A stretch of 64,000 bases of DNA, taken from contig CAWJQU010000005.1 in the NCBI GenBank assembly GCA_963845145.1, positions 992,001 to 1,056,000 on the forward strand. Direction: 5' to 3'. Positions 62,076 through 64,000 of the stretch are shown here, piece by piece. The DNA is from an uncultured delta proteobacterium. GTDB taxonomy: Bacteria > Desulfobacterota > Desulfobacteria > Desulfobacterales > QNYZ01. The notes below the pieces were generated by a model. It searched no databases. It worked only from the letters and a program-made list of their open reading frames with translations, and was not told the origin of the DNA. The stretch's first letter is position 1; each line of letters begins with the position of its first letter. The translations under genes were made by a program, and so were the position numbers.

Positions 62076-62792
62076 ATGACCAAAAGCTCAAAACAACCAA
62101 TTGATGACCCTACCCAAAAGGCCTATATGGGTATTCGTGGGATGCTCTTCCACAATGAAATAGTACCCGGGCAGAAAATCGCATACCGTGAATTAGCGGT
62201 ACGATTTGGAATGAGCATAACCCCGGTATCCCACGCCTTAAAATGGCTTGAATTACAAGGATTGGTGCGTCGTGAACCCAACAAGGGTTATTATGCCGAA
62301 CCTATCTCCTTGAAGCAGGTGGAAGAAATCTACGATCTGCGTTCGCTCCTCGAAACCTCTCTGCTGCCGGCGACCATTCGGCAGCTCACCAAAGACAGCG
62401 TCGTGCGGATCAAAAAGGCAACCGAGGCCTCCCTGTCCTCATTGAAGGGTGACTCCCTTTCTGAAAAATTGATTAAGGACATGGAGTTTCACTTGACCCT
62501 GGCAGCCCTGTCTCAGTGTGAAACCCAGCATAAGGTTCTGAGCCAACTTTATGACTTGTTGTACCTAAAATATCGCAGCAGCCTATCGTTTGGTATTTCC
62601 ATGCAATCCGTGGTCGAAGCCGATCATAAGCGCATCCTGGACTGCGTGGTGGCCAAGGACCTGGGCGGTGCCAAAAAAGTCCTCTCTCGGCATATCAACA
62701 ATGCCAAAAAACATGCCATCCAGGGACTGGAGCAGGCCCTTTCGGACAAGAACCATCTGCCCGCCATAAATTATGGATCAGGGAAATTTTAA
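62076..62792 (+). CDS. GntR (FCD/FadR-type) regulator
   Basis: PGQKI..ELA.RFGMSITPV..AL..LE..GLV; D.EFH and H..I FCD motifs. Confidence 0.92.
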   Translation: MTKSSKQPIDDPTQKAYMGIRGMLFHNEIVPGQKIAYRELAVRFGMSITPVSHALKWLELQGLVRREPNKGYYAEPISLKQVEEIYDLRSLLETSLLPATIRQLTKDSVVRIKKATEASLSSLKGDSLSEKLIKDMEFHLTLAALSQCETQHKVLSQLYDLLYLKYRSSLSFGISMQSVVEADHKRILDCVVAKDLGGAKKVLSRHINNAKKHAIQGLEQALSDKNHLPAINYGSGKF

Positions 62793-62868
62793 TGAATATC
62801 AGCCAGGTTTTAATTAATTCACTACTCGCCGGCTCTCAACTGAGTATGCTGGCCCTGGGCTTAACTAG
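62792..62868 (+). pseudogene. 5' end of a LivH-like ABC permease interrupted by an IS
   Basis: ATG overlaps the gntR stop; MNISQVLINSLLAGSQLSMLALGLT resembles the LivH N-terminus; similarity stops at CTAG, where the IS begins. Confidence 0.65.
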
Positions 62869-64000
62869 TGTCCATCCAATAATCGGTAGTTTTAAGCAGT
62901 CCATTTACTACAGCGATGGTTCCAAAAGGTTTGTTCTATGATAATCTGCTGCAAATATTTGGATAGCATAGATATTTTTCGTTTTCTTCGTATTTTGAGC
63001 GCACCTCTGCTGCTGCGCGAGAACCAACAATGGATAAAGGCCGCAATTTTTAAGTTGACGCCAGCTTGGTCCTTGCAATGGTCAATAAATTGGCCGCGAC
63101 AATCGATGACCAGACATATGACTTAAAGCCGTACCAGCCTTTCCACATACATCGTGCCAGCCCCATGGAACGTTTGAGCCAGGAAATGCCCGACTCAATC
63201 CCGGCCCTGAACCGGCGAAGCCTATGATACACATATTCACTGCGGCACATATCTGTTTCTTTCAGACCGCGCTTTTTGGCAAAGCAGACATCCTTTATCT
63301 TGCGCGAGGCCGCCTTGGCCTGTTTCAGATTGTCTTTAGATGCAAAGCCGCCGTCAAAGCAGACTTTGAGCGGGTATCGGCCATAGATTTCTTTTTGCCG
63401 GTCTAACATCGGGATGGCCAAATCTACATCGGCTGGATTGCCTTCGACAATCAGGCAATCCAGGATCAAATTGGAGGCTCCGCCGGTCAGGCAGATCTTG
63501 TGACCGAAAATCACATCCCGGCGATCCTTGACAATAACGTCGGTGTGAGGTTCGAAGATCGATACCACCTTGTCAGCGGCAGCAACGCTCTGGCCCAGAA
63601 CAACCCTGCGATGGGTCTGGTCGATGACCTTTTCGGTAAGCTCGGCATAGTGATTGATTTGGGCAAAAAGAGCAATCGCGCTGGGTGCAAGCACACTTTT
63701 TTTGATCATCTGTGCCGCCGTGTGGGCATACCCGCGCACCTTGCCGGTAATTTTGAGCAAGTCGACATAGGCCGCCTTGCGTGGCTTTTTACCCTTGGCA
63801 TTCATAACCGCCAGCATCCGACGTTTGGCCCGTCGGTTATGGTTGCTAAATTGCGGCACCTTGAGTCCGAACTCATCCCGGCTGCGCACAATAAGCCGCG
63901 TCAATACCCGTACACAGTCGCCCAACAGGGTCGAATCCCATGGCTGGTGAATGTTGGACTCAACGCAGGTACAGTCCGTACGCACTTTACGGCCCTTTTC
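62869..64000 (-). mobile_element. Insertion sequence (ISNCY ISDol1-like or IS5-like), partial
   Basis: DDE transposase; host gene broken at TTAACTAG|TGTCCATCC; other end lies outside the window. Confidence 0.8.
63050..64000 (-). CDS. DDE transposase, 3' part
   Basis: RTDCTCVESNIH, SIFEPHTD, FGHK, FDGGF, RAGIESGIS.LKR. Confidence 0.92.
   Translation of the reverse strand, partial: EKGRKVRTDCTCVESNIHQPWDSTLLGDCVRVLTRLIVRSRDEFGLKVPQFSNHNRRAKRRMLAVMNAKGKKPRKAAYVDLLKITGKVRGYAHTAAQMIKKSVLAPSAIALFAQINHYAELTEKVIDQTHRRVVLGQSVAAADKVVSIFEPHTDVIVKDRRDVIFGHKICLTGGASNLILDCLIVEGNPADVDLAIPMLDRQKEIYGRYPLKVCFDGGFASKDNLKQAKAASRKIKDVCFAKKRGLKETDMCRSEYVYHRLRRFRAGIESGISWLKRSMGLARCMWKGWYGFKSYVWSSIVAANLLTIARTKLAST

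Noticed and set aside
1..64000. CRISPR array, rRNA or prophage
   Set aside because: No regularly spaced repeats with unique spacers, no rRNA-like tract and no phage genes seen.

Overview
64 kb of a bacterial chromosome whose gene content resembles a sulfate-reducing deltaproteobacterium (Desulfobacterales-like; inferred from gene content only). It is probably origin-proximal: it has two perfect parS sites and the rpmH-rnpA-yidD-yidC-jag-mnmE block, but no dnaA next to rpmH. Main contents: (i) a sigma54-type operon opposite a PAS-AAA+ activator, encoding a Cys-less TusA-like protein, a stand-alone PocR sensor, two HdrA-like flavoproteins (one fused to MvhD), an HdrC/HdrD-type Fe-S protein with an in-frame UGA plus SECIS-like hairpin (selenoprotein) and a tautomerase; (ii) a BMP-family ABC transporter and oadG/oadB; (iii) a methylmalonyl-CoA cluster (tetR, mce, split mutase, meaB, carboxyltransferase, pycB/oadA-like, sucCD) followed by hypAB and two tRNA-Ser genes; (iv) ferritin, mntP, fumC, pcaD and lysE, an OmpA lipoprotein with an ExeA-ankyrin fusion, a B12 radical SAM enzyme, a BHMT-like methyltransferase and yciH; (v) a deletion-scarred accessory tail with a degenerate cobalamin riboswitch, a free-standing archaeal-type ThrRS editing domain, gene remnants and an IS interrupting a livH-like gene. 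Also present are two copies of a ~165 bp MITE-like element, octamer-built palindromic repeats and four sigma54 -24/-12 motifs. jag, the carboxyltransferase and sucC carry single-base frameshifts that are probably sequencing errors. All assignments are by eye from motifs; no database searches were run.
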